A stretch of DNA of 64,000 bases. Source: Squalus acanthias (lineage: Eukaryota). The notes beneath the pieces were generated by a model. That model saw only the letters and a program-made list of their open reading frames with translations, was not told the DNA's origin and searched no databases. The translations under genes and the position numbers were made by a program. Location of the stretch: assembly GCA_030390025.1 (NCBI GenBank), contig CM059432.1:148306001-148370000 (forward strand), read 5' to 3'. Shown here piece by piece: positions 49,880 through 62,055 of the stretch; position 1 is the first letter of the stretch, and each line of letters starts with the position of its first letter.

Positions 49880-51780
49880 TCAAGCACAAAACCTTTGATT
49901 CGATAGATTGGTTGAAATTATGCTGAGGAGGAAGGGGAAGAGGAAGAAGAGGAAGGGAGGAGGCAACCTAGACGGCCCCTTTCTGGCCGGGCTGTCCTTG
50001 AAGAACTCATCTGAGTGCGATACCGGTAACCGCAATTCCAATTCCCCATTCACCAACAGTCCCAACGCCTTACCTTCCCTCTGTCACTGACCATCACACA
50101 CTTGGCCACAATGCAAAAGTAAAAGCCCTCACAAAATAAACATTCCAAACCAGATTTATAAATCAAACCATGCCATATTGCATAGAAACGTAAACTAATC
50201 CCCCTTGTGTATTCCCTTAGTGCCCGTCTTCCGTGTGCCTTTGCCTGTCCTAGTGCTCCTGTGCAGTGACTGCAGCATGGCTGGTGGAAGGCTGCTGACT
50301 TTCAGTGGGGGAGACTACAGATGGCCTTGGAGGATGACCTCGAGCAGCTCTGGGCCAAGAAGGCCCGGCTGCACCTGTACCACGGCACGGGTGGCAGCAG
50401 TCTGGGCTGGCTGGCTGACGGGCAACACCAAGGGCACTGGCAGAGTGGCAGTGGTGGGAGGACGAATGTTGTCATCCTGAGAGAGGACAGCAGGTTCCTG
50501 CTCCACTGACCCACTGCCACTCCCCCGGGGCGGCGCCTCAGCATTCTTAGTAATCTGTTGGAGGACAGATTGCTGGACTGTTGTGACACCCTACAAGCCC
50601 CTTTGAACACTGGAATCCAGAGCCATGATGGCAGCAATCTGACCTTGGATCAGTGTGACCTTGGATGACAGCAGTCTGAGCTTCCACTGCAGCACTCAGA
50701 CGTTGGGTGGCTTCTGCTTGTGCTGCAACGGAAGCTGAGACATTGGCCATCAGACGCTGCATCAAAGTTGGGTCCAGAAGTGTGTTGATGGAGGTGGCCA
50801 TCATTTCCATGCTGGAAAGGATGGGCACCAAGCTCTGCGCAAAGCCCTGTGCCAAGTTGGTGCCAGACTGCTTCATGCTCCTTGGCATTGCACACAGGCT
50901 TTCTGGTAGGCCTGCCAATGCGCCAAGCATTTCCTTGTGCATACCCATCAGCCTTCTTCTGTAGCCTGCCCCATCGAAATGCTCATCTGCGTCCTCTGCA
51001 GCAGAACTCGTGTGCAACCTTGCCCTCCGGGGAGCTGGCACCTGTGCTACCCTTGCCTCCTGCCCTGGCTGCAGGCCACTCATGCCCGGTGTCTTACCAC
51101 ATGCAGATCCCGCCTTTATACTATCTTCTAAATTACATGCAGTGTCAGTATCTGAGCTGGTGTCTGGTATTGTGTAATTGAGTGACGGTGTTTCTTCTTC
51201 TTCACTCTCCTCTCCTTCTTATTGTTGAAGCACTGGCTGGGCTGTCTTCATCTTCACTATATTCCTGCTCTTCTACCACTGCCTGGCCAGGCTGCATTTC
51301 TTGGATCTCTGAAAGGAGAAAGGCACAAGGGCAAGGTTGTGGTGAGGGGAGGGGGGAGAAAGCAGGAGGTGCACGTTTACACCATCTGCAGTTTGTAAAT
51401 CAGAAGCGATTGTGTGACGAGGGGGAAGCGGGATGTGAGAAGGAGGATTAGGTATGAGGTACCGTCACCTTCGATGGTTTCAGCCCGGCCGCTGGCCATG
51501 GGCTCAGCAATGGCCGGCCCAATAATGGCCAGTACCATCTCCTCCATGGGGGTTAGGAGATGCATGCGCGCCTGTCCCCTGCTGGTTAGCTCCTGCTGCC
51601 TTCAGTTGAGCGCCACCTTGTCCTTCAAGGGAGAGGGAAGTGTGTCAGTGAGTGTGGTGCAATCTGTTTGGGTGATGTGACTGTCACGGTTGAATAGCTG
51701 GCAGTGTGTGCAAGCTGAGAGATGTGGCTGGGAGGCTTGCAGCAGTTCTAAGTGTGTGAGGGTGAGGTGAAGCTATGAAT
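49880..51780 (-). mobile_element. Partial Harbinger H4 (H2-related): transposase C-terminal remnant, Myb-like exons 2-3 and part of intron 1
   Basis: Colinear with 24200-26560 and 30330-30435, but without the SINEs or the minisatellite. Confidence 0.85.
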
Positions 51781-54075
51781 GTTAGGTATGATCGTGTCAA
51801 TCGCAGATAAGGCCATCTCTGACCACTTCCTCATATCGCTCTCCACCCACATCCCCTTCCAGCACCCCCCCCCCCCCACCCCCGCCAACCCTATTTCCCT
51901 CTGTGTCCATCCCTGGAAAAAACTCTCTCCCATCTCTCTTACAACTGCACTTATGAAATCCCAACTGTTCAGCCTCTGGCCCTCCATTCACCACGACATT
52001 TCTGCAGCTACCGATCCGCTCAACCATACCCTCACCACCACCTTTGATGCCCTAGTCCCTATTACCGCCAGATCTGGCTGGACCACATAAAGCATTATCG
52101 GGTCCTGCTCTCGTCTGCCAAAATTGCTCACTATTCCAGAATGATTCTGGAATGCAAAGATAAACCCCGGCTCCTATTCTCTACTGCTAACCATCTTCTT
52201 AAACCCCTCTCCCCTGTCTCCACCACCCTCACCTCCGATAACAAGTGTGAGGAGCTCATGGATTTCTTTGTCTCTAAGATTGAGACAACCCGTTCAGCTG
52301 CCTCTGTCCCTTCCCTTCCTTCCCCTAGCCCACTGGGCCAAACTTCCTCTAAGGTTCCCCCCTGCCCTAGCCCTGAACTCACATCTTTCTCCAGTTTCTC
52401 TCCGATCTCCCCTCATGACCTCTCCGCGCTCATCCTGTCCATGAGACCCACTTCCTGCTCCCTCGATCCTATTCCTACCAAACCGCTGACCACCCACCTT
52501 CCTTTTCTGGCTCCCATGTTAGCTGACATTATTAATGGTTCTCTCTCCTCAGGTACTGTCCCCCCTCCCTCAAATCTGCCGTCATCACCCACTCCTCAAA
52601 AAAACAACTCTTGATCCCTCCGTCCTTGCAAACTAGCACCCCATCTCCAGCCTCCCTTTCCTCTTCAAAGTCCTTGAACATGTTGTCACCTCCCAAATCC
52701 GTGCCCATGTTTCCTGCAATTCCATGTTTGAATCCCTCCAATCAGGTTTCCGCCCTTGCCACAGTACCGAAACGGCTCTCATCAAAGTCACAAATGACAT
52801 CCTTTGTGACTGTGACAAAGGTAAACTATCCCTCCTCGTCCTTCTTGACCTGTCTGCAGCCTTTGACACGGTTGACCACTCCATCCTCCTCCAACACCTC
52901 CCCACTGTCGTCCAGCTGGGTGGGACTGCACTCGTCTGGTTCCATTTTTATCTATCTAATCGTAGCCAGAGAATCACCTGCAACGGCTTCTCTTCCCACT
53001 CCCGCATCGTTACCTCTGGTGTCCCCCAAGGATCTATCCTTGGCCCCCTCCTAGTTCTCATCTACATGTTGTCCCTTGGCGACATCATCCGAAAACACAG
53101 CGTCAGTTTCCACATGTACGCTGATGACATCCAGCTCTACCTCACTACCTCTTCTCTCGACCCCTCCACGGTCTCTAAATTGTCAGACTGCTTGTCCGAC
53201 ATACAGTTCTGGATGAGCAGAAATTTACTCCAATTAAATATTGGGAAGACCAAAGCCATTATTTTCGGTCCCCGCCACAAACTCCGTTCCCTAGCCACTG
53301 ACTCCATCCCTCTCCCTAACATCTGTCTGAGGCTGAACCACACTGTTCGCAACCTTGGTGTCATATTTGACCCTAAAATGAGCTTCCGACCACATATCCA
53401 CGCCATAACTAAGGCTGCCTATTTCCACCTCCTTAACATCGCCCGTCTCCACCCCTGCCTCAGCTCATCCGCTGCTGAAACCCTCATCCATGCCTTTGCT
53501 ACCTCTAGACTTGACTATTCCAATGCACTCCTGGCTGGCCTCCCACATTCTACCCTACATAAACTTGAGGTCATCCAAAACTCGGCTGCCCGTGTCCTAA
53601 CTCGCACCAGGTCCTGTTCGCCCATCTCCCCTGTGCTCGTTGACCTACATTGGCTCCTGGTTAAGCAGCGCCTCGATTTCAAAATTCTCATCCTTGTTTT
53701 CAAACCCCTCCATGGCCTCGCCCCTTCCTATCTCTGTAATCTCCTTCAGCCCCACAACCCCCCGAGATATCTGATCTCCTCTAAATCTGCCCTCTTGAGC
53801 ATCCCTGATTATAATCGCTCAACCATTGATGGCCGTGCCTTCTGTTGCCTAGGCCCTAAGCTCTGGAATTCCCTGCGTAAACCTCTCCGCCTCGCTACCT
53901 CTCTTTCCTCCTTTAAGACGCTCCTTAAAACCTACCTCTTTGACCAAGCTTTTGGTCACCTGCCCGAATTTCTCCTTATGTGGCTCGGTGTAAAAAAATT
54001 TGTCTTTTAATACTCCTATGAAGCGCCTTGGGACGTTTTACTACGTTAAAGGCGCTATATAAATACAAGCTGTTA
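51781..54075 (+). mobile_element. L2 LINE, 5'-truncated with internal deletions
   Basis: SDHFLI (endonuclease end), SCSLDPIPT and RT motifs. The 3' tail is ggcgctatataaatacaag. Confidence 0.92.
52724..54010 (+). CDS. L2 ORF2 reverse-transcriptase portion (428 aa open frame of a defective element)
   Basis: QSGFRPCHSTETAL, LLDLSAAFDTVDH, GVPQGSILGPLL, YADD and SRLDYSNALL motifs. Confidence 0.8.
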   Translation: MFESLQSGFRPCHSTETALIKVTNDILCDCDKGKLSLLVLLDLSAAFDTVDHSILLQHLPTVVQLGGTALVWFHFYLSNRSQRITCNGFSSHSRIVTSGVPQGSILGPLLVLIYMLSLGDIIRKHSVSFHMYADDIQLYLTTSSLDPSTVSKLSDCLSDIQFWMSRNLLQLNIGKTKAIIFGPRHKLRSLATDSIPLPNICLRLNHTVRNLGVIFDPKMSFRPHIHAITKAAYFHLLNIARLHPCLSSSAAETLIHAFATSRLDYSNALLAGLPHSTLHKLEVIQNSAARVLTRTRSCSPISPVLVDLHWLLVKQRLDFKILILVFKPLHGLAPSYLCNLLQPHNPPRYLISSKSALLSIPDYNRSTIDGRAFCCLGPKLWNSLRKPLRLATSLSSFKTLLKTYLFDQAFGHLPEFLLMWLGVKKFVF

Positions 54076-54195
54076 ATCTTCCATCTATGGAGAAGGTGGC
54101 AGCATCTACCATGACCAGTTCTGAGGCGATTGATGGTTGTCCACTGTTTGCGAGGAAGGTTTGATCCTTCAGGGCCACAGATGTGATGTCGCACA
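54074..54195 (-). mobile_element. Ingi/Vingi-like LINE C-terminal fragment
   Basis: PEGSNLPRKQWTTINRLRTGHGRCCHLLHRWKI resembles the C-terminal W..LNRLRTG.GR motif of that group. Confidence 0.6.
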
Positions 54196-54899
54196 TCACC
54201 CGCAACCCCACCCCCCCCGCCCAGGTCTGAGCCTTCAGGGTTTTTTTCTCTTTTTTTAATGAAGACTTTTCAATAGCCCAGAATTGTGGAGCTTCTTTTC
54301 TTTGAATATTATCACTGGACCACACAAACACACAACAATGGATTTTTAGATTCGGGACTTTAAGTTTGGTTTAATTTGATTTTCTCTTGAGCACCAGCTG
54401 ACTGAGGCAGCTCGTTGATAAGAAACATGCAGTTGCAGGCTCTAAAGGAGCAAAACTCTGGCCTTTTTAAACAGCAACTGTGTGAGTGCTTTCTAAGGTA
54501 CACCATAGTTACGTAGAGAGGAGTCGGGGCTGTTCACGACTGATGTGGTTTAAACATCCCCTCTGAACAAATTAGGGTCGGTGAAAGTGGTTTTATAATT
54601 TAGGACCTCTGGCCACAAGGTTAGCGATGTCTGTGTTGCTTTACATCTGTCAAAACAAGACGTGGCCAAAAGAAAACCAAATACGTTTATCAAGATAATT
54701 TAATCAAGATTTGATTTTCAAATAATGGGCTGAATCAGAAAGTCTCAGCATATAAACACACACACACAGAGAAGAAAGAAACAGGACAATATGAAAAATT
54801 TTAGTTGGTTTGTTCTCACTTTGACCATCCAATTTCAGGCGGTTTTGGGGCACCTGGAAGAGGAAAATGGGCGGGGGGAGGGGTTGTGGGTGACATGTG

Positions 54900-55413
54900 A
54901 CATAAGAACATAAGAAATAGGAGCAGGAATAGGCCACTTGGCCCCTCGAGCCTGCTCCGCCATTCAATAAGATCAGGGCTGATCTTGGGCTCAAAGCCAC
55001 TTCCCAGCCTGCTCCCCATAACCCTTGACTCCCTTATCTTGCAAAAATCTGTCTATCTCCACCTTAAATGTATTTAATGACCCAGCCTCCACAGCTCTCT
55101 GAGGCAGAGAATTCCACAGATTTACGACCCTCTGAGAGAAGAAATTCCTCCTCATCTCAGTTCTAAAAGGGCGACCCTTTATTCTGAAACTATGCCCCCG
55201 AGTTCTAGATTTCCCCACGAGAGGAAAACATCCTCTCTGCATCTACCTTGTTGAGCCCCCTCAGTATCTTATATGTTTCAATAAGATCACCTCTCATTCT
55301 TCTAAATTCCAATGAGTATAGGCCCCAACCTGCTCAACCTTTCTTCATAAGTCAACCCCTTCAACTCAGGAATCAACCGAGTGAATCGTCTCTGAACTGC
55401 CTCCAATGCAAGT
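54900..55413 (-). mobile_element. CR1 (HER1-like) 3' end
   Basis: ORF 54991-55242 and (TTCTTATG)n tail. Confidence 0.9.
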
Positions 55414-56019
55414 ATGTCACATCCATGGCCCTAGCGACACACATGAGGATTTTCCATTGGAAGTGCGGTTAGCGCCCACCCAGATAATGGTGGCCATTTG
55501 GAAACTGCATTTAAATGCTGCCGTGATGTCAACCTTTGGATTTTCTGATGGTTCCGCTTGTAGCCCACCCATCGTAAAATAATACCGGCAGTTAAGAGGC
55601 AGAAGTGGGAAGCTTCTTAGGAGCCTAGGAAAATCCATGGAGGTTCTCGCAGCCTCCTGCAGTAAATTTGTTTACAGCCATTTCGCTGGGGTTCCATCAA
55701 TCCCTCGCCAAAGTTGCTGCAGGAGATCGTGAGAATCTCCACAGAATTGCAGAATTCAGGATCTTTAAATCCCTGTAATTTTCCACCCCTCTGTGTCTCG
55801 TATATGCCTTTAATTCTTTATTTCTCTTCTGAACTATAAAACCATAGAAGTTTACAAGACAGAAGAAGGCCACTTCGTCCCATTATGGCTGGGTCAGCTC
55901 TTTACTAGACCAATCCGACACTAATCCCACTGCCCTGCAGTCATGCTTCAAATATTTATCCAATTTTCCCTTAAAAAGATGCAATGGTCTCTACATTAAC
56001 CATTACCAACACTTCATGC

Positions 56020-56087
56020 TCCTTCGAGCCCGAATCAAACCAACGACCCAAGGATGGCTTTACTTCATGTTCCTATTACAGTGCTCT
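56020..56087 (-). pseudogene. 5'-truncated intron-containing tRNA-Tyr(GTA) pseudogene fragment
   Basis: The minus strand reads ACTGTAA + ~20-nt intron + ATCCTTGGGTCGTTGGTTTGATTCGGGCTCGAAGGA, matching the vertebrate tRNA-Tyr 3' exon ATCCTTAGGTCGCTGGTTCGATTCCGGCTCGAAGGA. Confidence 0.75.
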
Positions 56088-56505
56088 GGTCGATAAGTTC
56101 AGCCGTCAAAACCCTCAAATTTAACCTAACTTCATCCCAACCATACTTGCTGGTTCAGATCATTTCCCTAAGCCTGGGTGGGGCCCGCAGCAGTGGTGAT
56201 GGCTACCAGCTGGACGGACCTTCTGGTCGCTGTCCAAAAGCAGCAGCCAGATGACCTCCAACCCTGAAAGTATCCGATACCTGCACACTCCTGTGCCCAG
56301 GGGCCCCTTAAATGCAGCTGAATCGAAGACGTCAGCAGAGGCGAGCAGCAGACCCGAACCCACTGACTGGGCCGGGCAACGCGCACGATAAGCCCAGTTA
56401 AGGGAAAATAGTGAATTTAGAGCGGATGGGACCGGAACCCGCCGACTAGCCAACCCGACTCCAACCCGCCGCCGATGGTAAAATTGCGGCCTTTATATGT
56501 CTGTC

Positions 56506-57576
56506 TTCACGGAAGAAGACGTAAAAAAACTTCCCGGAAATAGTGGCGAACCAAGGGGCGAGCGAGAATGAGGAACTGAAAGAAATTAGTATTCGTAAAA
56601 AAAATAGTACTGGAGAAATTAATGGGACTGAAAGCTGATAAATTCCCTGGACCTGATGGCCTACATCCTAGGGTTTTGAAGAGGTGGCTATAGAGATAGC
56701 GGATGCATTGGTTGTTATTTTCCAAAATTCCATAGATTCTAGAACGGTTCCCTCAGATTGGAAGGTAGAAAATGTAACCCCACTATTTAATAAGGAGGGA
56801 GAGAGAAAATGGGGAACTACAGACCAGTTGGCCTGACATCAGTAGTAGGGAAAATGCTAGAATCTATTATTAAGGACATGGTAACAGGGCACTTAGAAAA
56901 TAATAATAGGATTGGGCAGAGTCAACACGGATTTATGAAAGGGAAATCGTGTTTAACGAATCTGTTAGAGTTTTTTGAGGTTGTAACTAGCAGAATAGAT
57001 AAGGGGAAACCAGTGGATGTGGTGTATTTGGATTTTCAGAAGGCATTCGATAAGGTGCCATGATAAGCTCATGGTCTACAGAGCAGCAGTGATACCCGCC
57101 CTGCTGTATGCCTCAGAGACATGGACCATGTACCGCATTGGACTCATCAGTCACCTGAGAACTCATTTTTAATGTGGAAGCAAGTCATCCTCGGTTCTGA
57201 GGGACTGCCTAAGAAGAAGAAGAACACAAGAGGTTATTAAACAAACTTAGGGCTCATAGAATTGGGGTAATATACTAGCATGGATTGAGGATTGGTTAAC
57301 GGACAGAAAACAGAGAGTAGGAATAAACGGGTCATTTTCGGTTTGGCAGGCTGTAACTAGTGGGATACTGCAAGGATCAGTGCTTGGGCCTCAGCTATTC
57401 ACAATTTTAATCAATGATTTGGATGAGGGGACCAAATGTAATATATCCAAGTTTGCAGATGATACAAAGCTGGGTGGGAATGAAGTTGTGAAGAGGATGC
57501 AAAGTGGCTTCAAGTGGATATAGACAAGCTAAGTGAGTGGGCAAGAACATGGCAAATAGAACATAATGTGGAGAAA
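56506..57576 (+). mobile_element. CR1 LINE RT fragment interrupted by an RTE piece
   Basis: PGPDGLHPRVL, NYRPVGLTSVVGKMLE, DFQKAFDKVP|HKRLL and KFADDTK motifs. Confidence 0.9.
57061..57223 (+). mobile_element. Short internally deleted RTE insertion
   Basis: KLMVYRAAVIPALLYASETWTMY is joined directly to a 3' terminus matching 49521-49607, followed by an (AAG)n tail. Confidence 0.75.
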
Positions 57577-57577
57577 T

Positions 57578-57857
57578 GCGAAGGACAAGAACAGCATACG
57601 CATGGGAACACCACCACCTCCAAGTTCCCCTCCAAGTCACACACCATCCTGACTTAGTATATCGCCGATCCTTCATCGTCGCTGGGTCAAAATCCTGGAA
57701 CTCCCTCCCTATCAGCACTGCGGGAGCACCTTCACCACACAGACTGCAGCGGTTCAAAAAGGCGGCTCACCACCACCTTCTCGAGGGCAATTAGGGATGA
57801 GCAATAGATGCTGGCCTCGCCAGCGACGCCCACATCTCATAAGCGAATAAAAAAAAA
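57578..57857 (+). mobile_element. 3' end of the CR1-group LINE family seen at 3341-4632
   Basis: Near-identical to 4352-4632. Confidence 0.9.
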
Positions 57858-59044
57858 GGTGCTTAACTTTTCTTCCCAACTCCATCTACTTCCTGCCTGC
57901 CCCTTCTCAGAGCATCCAGTGTGGGTGGGGCTCAGTACAGGATCTGAGGCCCAGTTGTTCTCAGCATGGCTATAAATTAGGTCCTGTCTGACATACCAAG
58001 AGCAAATAAGCTGCAAGGCACCACTCCTGCCTCCATTAAATTTGATTTGAACGGGCGCACCTGGTCCAAGCACAAGCACTTCAGCCCCTAAGTGGGGAAA
58101 CCCCGGAAATCTCAGGGCAATGCAAAGTGGGCAGAGACCGGGCATTGTGGGTTTCCGCCTCTTTTTCCACCGCTTTGCTCCCGGGAAGTAAAAGGAAATC
58201 GGCCCTTATATCTGCTCGGGTGTGAACTTTCAAATCTGTAGCTCGCCCGATGTCTTGGTGGGTAAAAGCACACCCAGTGCTGTGCTGAACTAGACAGACC
58301 AGAAAGCCCCAGGTTCAATCCTCAGTCCACGCTGACCGCAGCCAAGTATCCAATTAGGACACAACAATTGGCCTCAGTACACCTGTGCTAAGGAAGACTG
58401 AGAGAATTGACTGGAATCACCACTCCTGCCCAATATCACCTGCTGAACAGGCTATATGTGCACGATAGCTGAGAACGGGATTAGGCTTGGCAGTAGATGC
58501 CCTCTGACATGAATCTGTCATTCATGAAAGAAAGACTTATGAAATAATACTGAGTGGCCTGCTGGTGGCGCTGTCCAGGGAGAGTATAAATACTCGGGCA
58601 CGGGCCCAGCTTGCGCAGGACATTCTTAACAGGAACTAGAGAAGGACACAACTAGACCTCCATGTTGTAAAACAGTTGATTAAAGCTTTGTTTAACGCTT
58701 AGACCAAGTGCCTAGTAGTTTTCTTACATCACCCTCCATGGCCAAACAGGCTGCTGACACATGCTATCCAGGCTGATATATGAATAATGGCCTGTTGAGC
58801 GAGGTACGAGAAGCCAGTTGACAGCTGTGGACTTGCACGTCAGAAGGGAAAATTTGGAAGGGGGGGTGGGGGGGGGACATTAAAAATGTTATAATATGCT
58901 TTACTTATTTTTCATTGAGACTTAAAAATCTGTATCAGAAGTGCGACCGATCTAACCCAGCTTTGATTACATCGTTGAGGTTAGATCTAGCCTTGGTAAT
59001 GTGATTTGAACTAGCAGAAATGAAGCTTAAAAAGCCGGGGATGA

Positions 59045-59290
59045 GAGCCCTGAAACGGTGAGACTCGGTTCCCAGCATGGAGTCTCACTCAATGGGCTGT
59101 GGACCAGGTGCGGTCAGTGCTCTCCAATTCGCAATGCGTTTCTATGTTCTGGTCATTGAAATGAATAGCCAGAAAAATCAGGTGCACCCTGAATCGGGGG
59201 CGTCTACCCGCCACGTCTGGTCCTTCAACCTGTGCACCACCCAGTGAGACTCCGTGATGGGAGCATAAAGTCTCGCAATTTCAGAGGCCC
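59045..59290. mobile_element. Short palindromic MITE
   Basis: GAGCCCTGAAACGGTGAGACT versus reverse complement of the right end GGGCCTCTGAAATTGCGAGACT. Imperfect symmetry continues inward. Confidence 0.55.
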
Positions 59291-59844
59291 GAGGTTAAAA
59301 AGAGCATCATGAAATAGGTGTTCCATTCATAATGCAACAAATTACAGGAGGCGACTCCATCATGCCAATACGAAGCACGGGGAAGCAAATCGTAAGTGCG
59401 TTCCCCGTGAATCTCCCAGAATGCTATCCCTATGAAGCCACTATCTGCTATCTTACACACACACAAACACCCTCCCTCGGGGCAAGATATAGAACCCAAC
59501 AATAACATTCCCAAACGTCCTTAAAACCAACGGCTGTTGCAATCTACAGCAGGCCCAGAGTATCAACAATGCAGAAAACCCAACAGAGTAAGAGTGTGAA
59601 TCCATTTTTATTATAAAATTGATGGAAATAATTATAAATATACTTTGGAATGAGCTTGCTCTTATACATGTAACGACACAGGAAAATCAAATCCCAAGTA
59701 TAATAAACAAACAGTAGTAGTATTTTCTAATTAGAAATAAAATGTGGAATACTTGATGTCAATTTGTATGCAGTGCTGTGTGTGGCGTTATATGGTAGCT
59801 CAACAAGGCCAGCAACATGTAAACATTCTGAAAGCTCCGCTGAT

Positions 59845-60200
59845 GGGCTACTGGTAAAGCCAATAGCTACCGTTGTACTAAGTCATTCAGACCAGAGTTC
59901 CAGATTCAATTCCCGGTCTGTGCTGAATTAGCTGATCTAACCTGGGTGGCAGTCAGGGGGACGACAGCTGTCCGCAGACATCCTAAGCAGGTGAGGGAAG
60001 ATAAATCAGCAAAGGTTCCTGGCGCCTAAATGCTATCCAGTGCCGCCTGCTGGAAGTTGCAGCGCCATCGGTCATGGTCGGAAAGCCTCCCCGACACAGA
60101 AATGAAAAACGCTCACCCAGGAGGAGTGCCAGAAGACTGCCAGCCCCCAGGGAACTGAACCCTACATGACTCGGCACCTTCTGGAGAGAGGAAGAAAAAT
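59845..60200 (+). mobile_element. Old tRNA-derived SINE (AmnSINE2-like); related remnants near 46140-46440 and 58250-58600
   Basis: Shared motif ttcaattcccggtctgtgctgaattagctgatct...aaatcagc..ggttcctg across three diverged copies. Confidence 0.45.
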
Positions 60201-60849
60201 TCTGAAAACTCTCCCCTTAAATAAACCAAGCAGGCAGATGACTAAATATACCAAACCAAACAATATTATCTATCCCAAATCCACTGAGAACCAGTAAAAA
60301 AAAGAATATGCACAAGGTATGTTACAAGCATCAGAATCCAGTCCTAAATCATCATCTGCTAACAGGACCATCCATGAACATGGATGCCTTTTTACAGATT
60401 CCACCCGATCCCTTGAAGTAACCTGTGCAGAGATGTTTTGGGCCATATTGTGAAATGCAGCTCACTAACCACTGCCATATGATAAAGTTGCACTATTTCC
60501 CTGAGCTCATGTCCACAGGGCAGTAGTTTAAAGACCTTGTCCTCTGAGACCATCAATTGTCTTCTTCTTTGCCACATACACTGCCACATTCTTTGTAATC
60601 ACACTCATAAATAACAATTACTATGCAAAGGTCTCTAATGATTTCTTTAGCATTTCCCATGCCCAATACTGCACAGCCCAATCACAAACAATCATACACG
60701 CTAAATAATCTATTAGAGGGAAGGGGGCAGCTGTAGGTTATTAAGATGTGATTAATAACCGCAACCAATAAATGTTTCTTCATTAGCTGTAAAATGCTTT
60801 CATTGTTTTCTGTGAAGAAACAACAGTTTTGCTTCTCTCCAGAATACAA

Positions 60850-61013
60850 GGGGAATGAAATTGTGTTTTGCCAGTAGCATGAAGCTGGCCCACGGTGAAT
60901 CAGCAGTCTGTTCTACACCATTTTCATTGACAGCAATGGAAAAGAAAATCGGGCGCGGTGTCAAACGAGCGATGACCCTGCTTCACACGACTGGCAAAGG
61001 CCAATTTCACCCC
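60850..61013. mobile_element. Short palindromic MITE remnant
   Basis: GGGGAATGAAATTG..TTTGCCAGT versus ACTGGCAAA..CAATTTCACCCC. Confidence 0.5.
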
Positions 61014-61485
61014 CACCCTGTCTGATCGAAGGGTAAATTCCCCAAGCTCACTCCTCCAGCGAGGAGCCACATGTGAAGGGAGCACAGGTCAGTCGGAGGT
61101 TACAGAGTTGTCGCCCTTTCTCTGACCCACACTGCCTTCGAGTGTGGCTGTTCACTGGGAGCAAAGGGTCGCTGTATTTACTCATGTTCTGAGTTACAGA
61201 AAGACCCTGGGGACAAGCACCCAGGTATAACGTTGCTGGTCTGAAGCATGTTAATCAGGTGTCTTCTTTTCTAAAGCTTAAGGGGACTCAGATTTTCATT
61301 ATTTCACACATTATATGTAACCTTAGCACACTCCGGATGATTTGATGCATGAAATTAATTTTAAAAAAATGTAAATCACTTTACCAGCTCTTCCTGCAGC
61401 CCTGGGCTGAGAGCCTATTAGTTGTTAATCAGACAGAGCCTGAACGCTGTAACTGGGGACAGGCCATATACTTTAGGTTAGGGAC

Positions 61486-62055
61486 TCATAGAGTCATAAC
61501 GGCACAGAAGGAGGCCATTCAGCCCATCGAGTCCGTGCCAGCTATCTGTAGAGCAATCCAGTCAGTCCCATTCCCCCCGCTCTATCCCCGTAGCCCTGCA
61601 AGTTTATTTCCCTCAAGTGCCTATCCAGTGTCCCCTTGAAAACATTGTGTGTCTCCGCTTCCACCACTTCCGTCGGCAGCGAATTCCAGGTCCTCACCAC
61701 TCGCTGCATAAAAAAGTTTTTCCTCACATCCCCACTGTATCTCTTGCCCAAAACCTTAAATCTATGTCCCCTAGTCCTTGTACCATCAGCTAGTGGGAAC
61801 AGCCTTTCCCCGTCTAGCCTACCCAAACCCGTCATAATCTTGTACACCTCTATCAAATCACCCCTCAACCTCCTTTGCTCTAATGAAAACAAATCCAGCT
61901 TCTCCAACCTGTCCTTGTAGCTTAGATCCCCCATCCCCGGAACCATTCTGGTAAATCTCCTCTGCACACTCTCAAGGGCCTTCACATCCTTCCTAAAGTG
62001 TGGTGACCAGAACTGGATGCAATACTCCAGTTGTGGCCTAACCAGCGCTTTACAA
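61486..62055 (-). mobile_element. CR1 LINE 3' portion
   Basis: ORF 61542-62162 reads KALVRPQLEYCIQFWSP..RRLRGDLIEVYK..RVVRTWNSLP. Confidence 0.9.
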
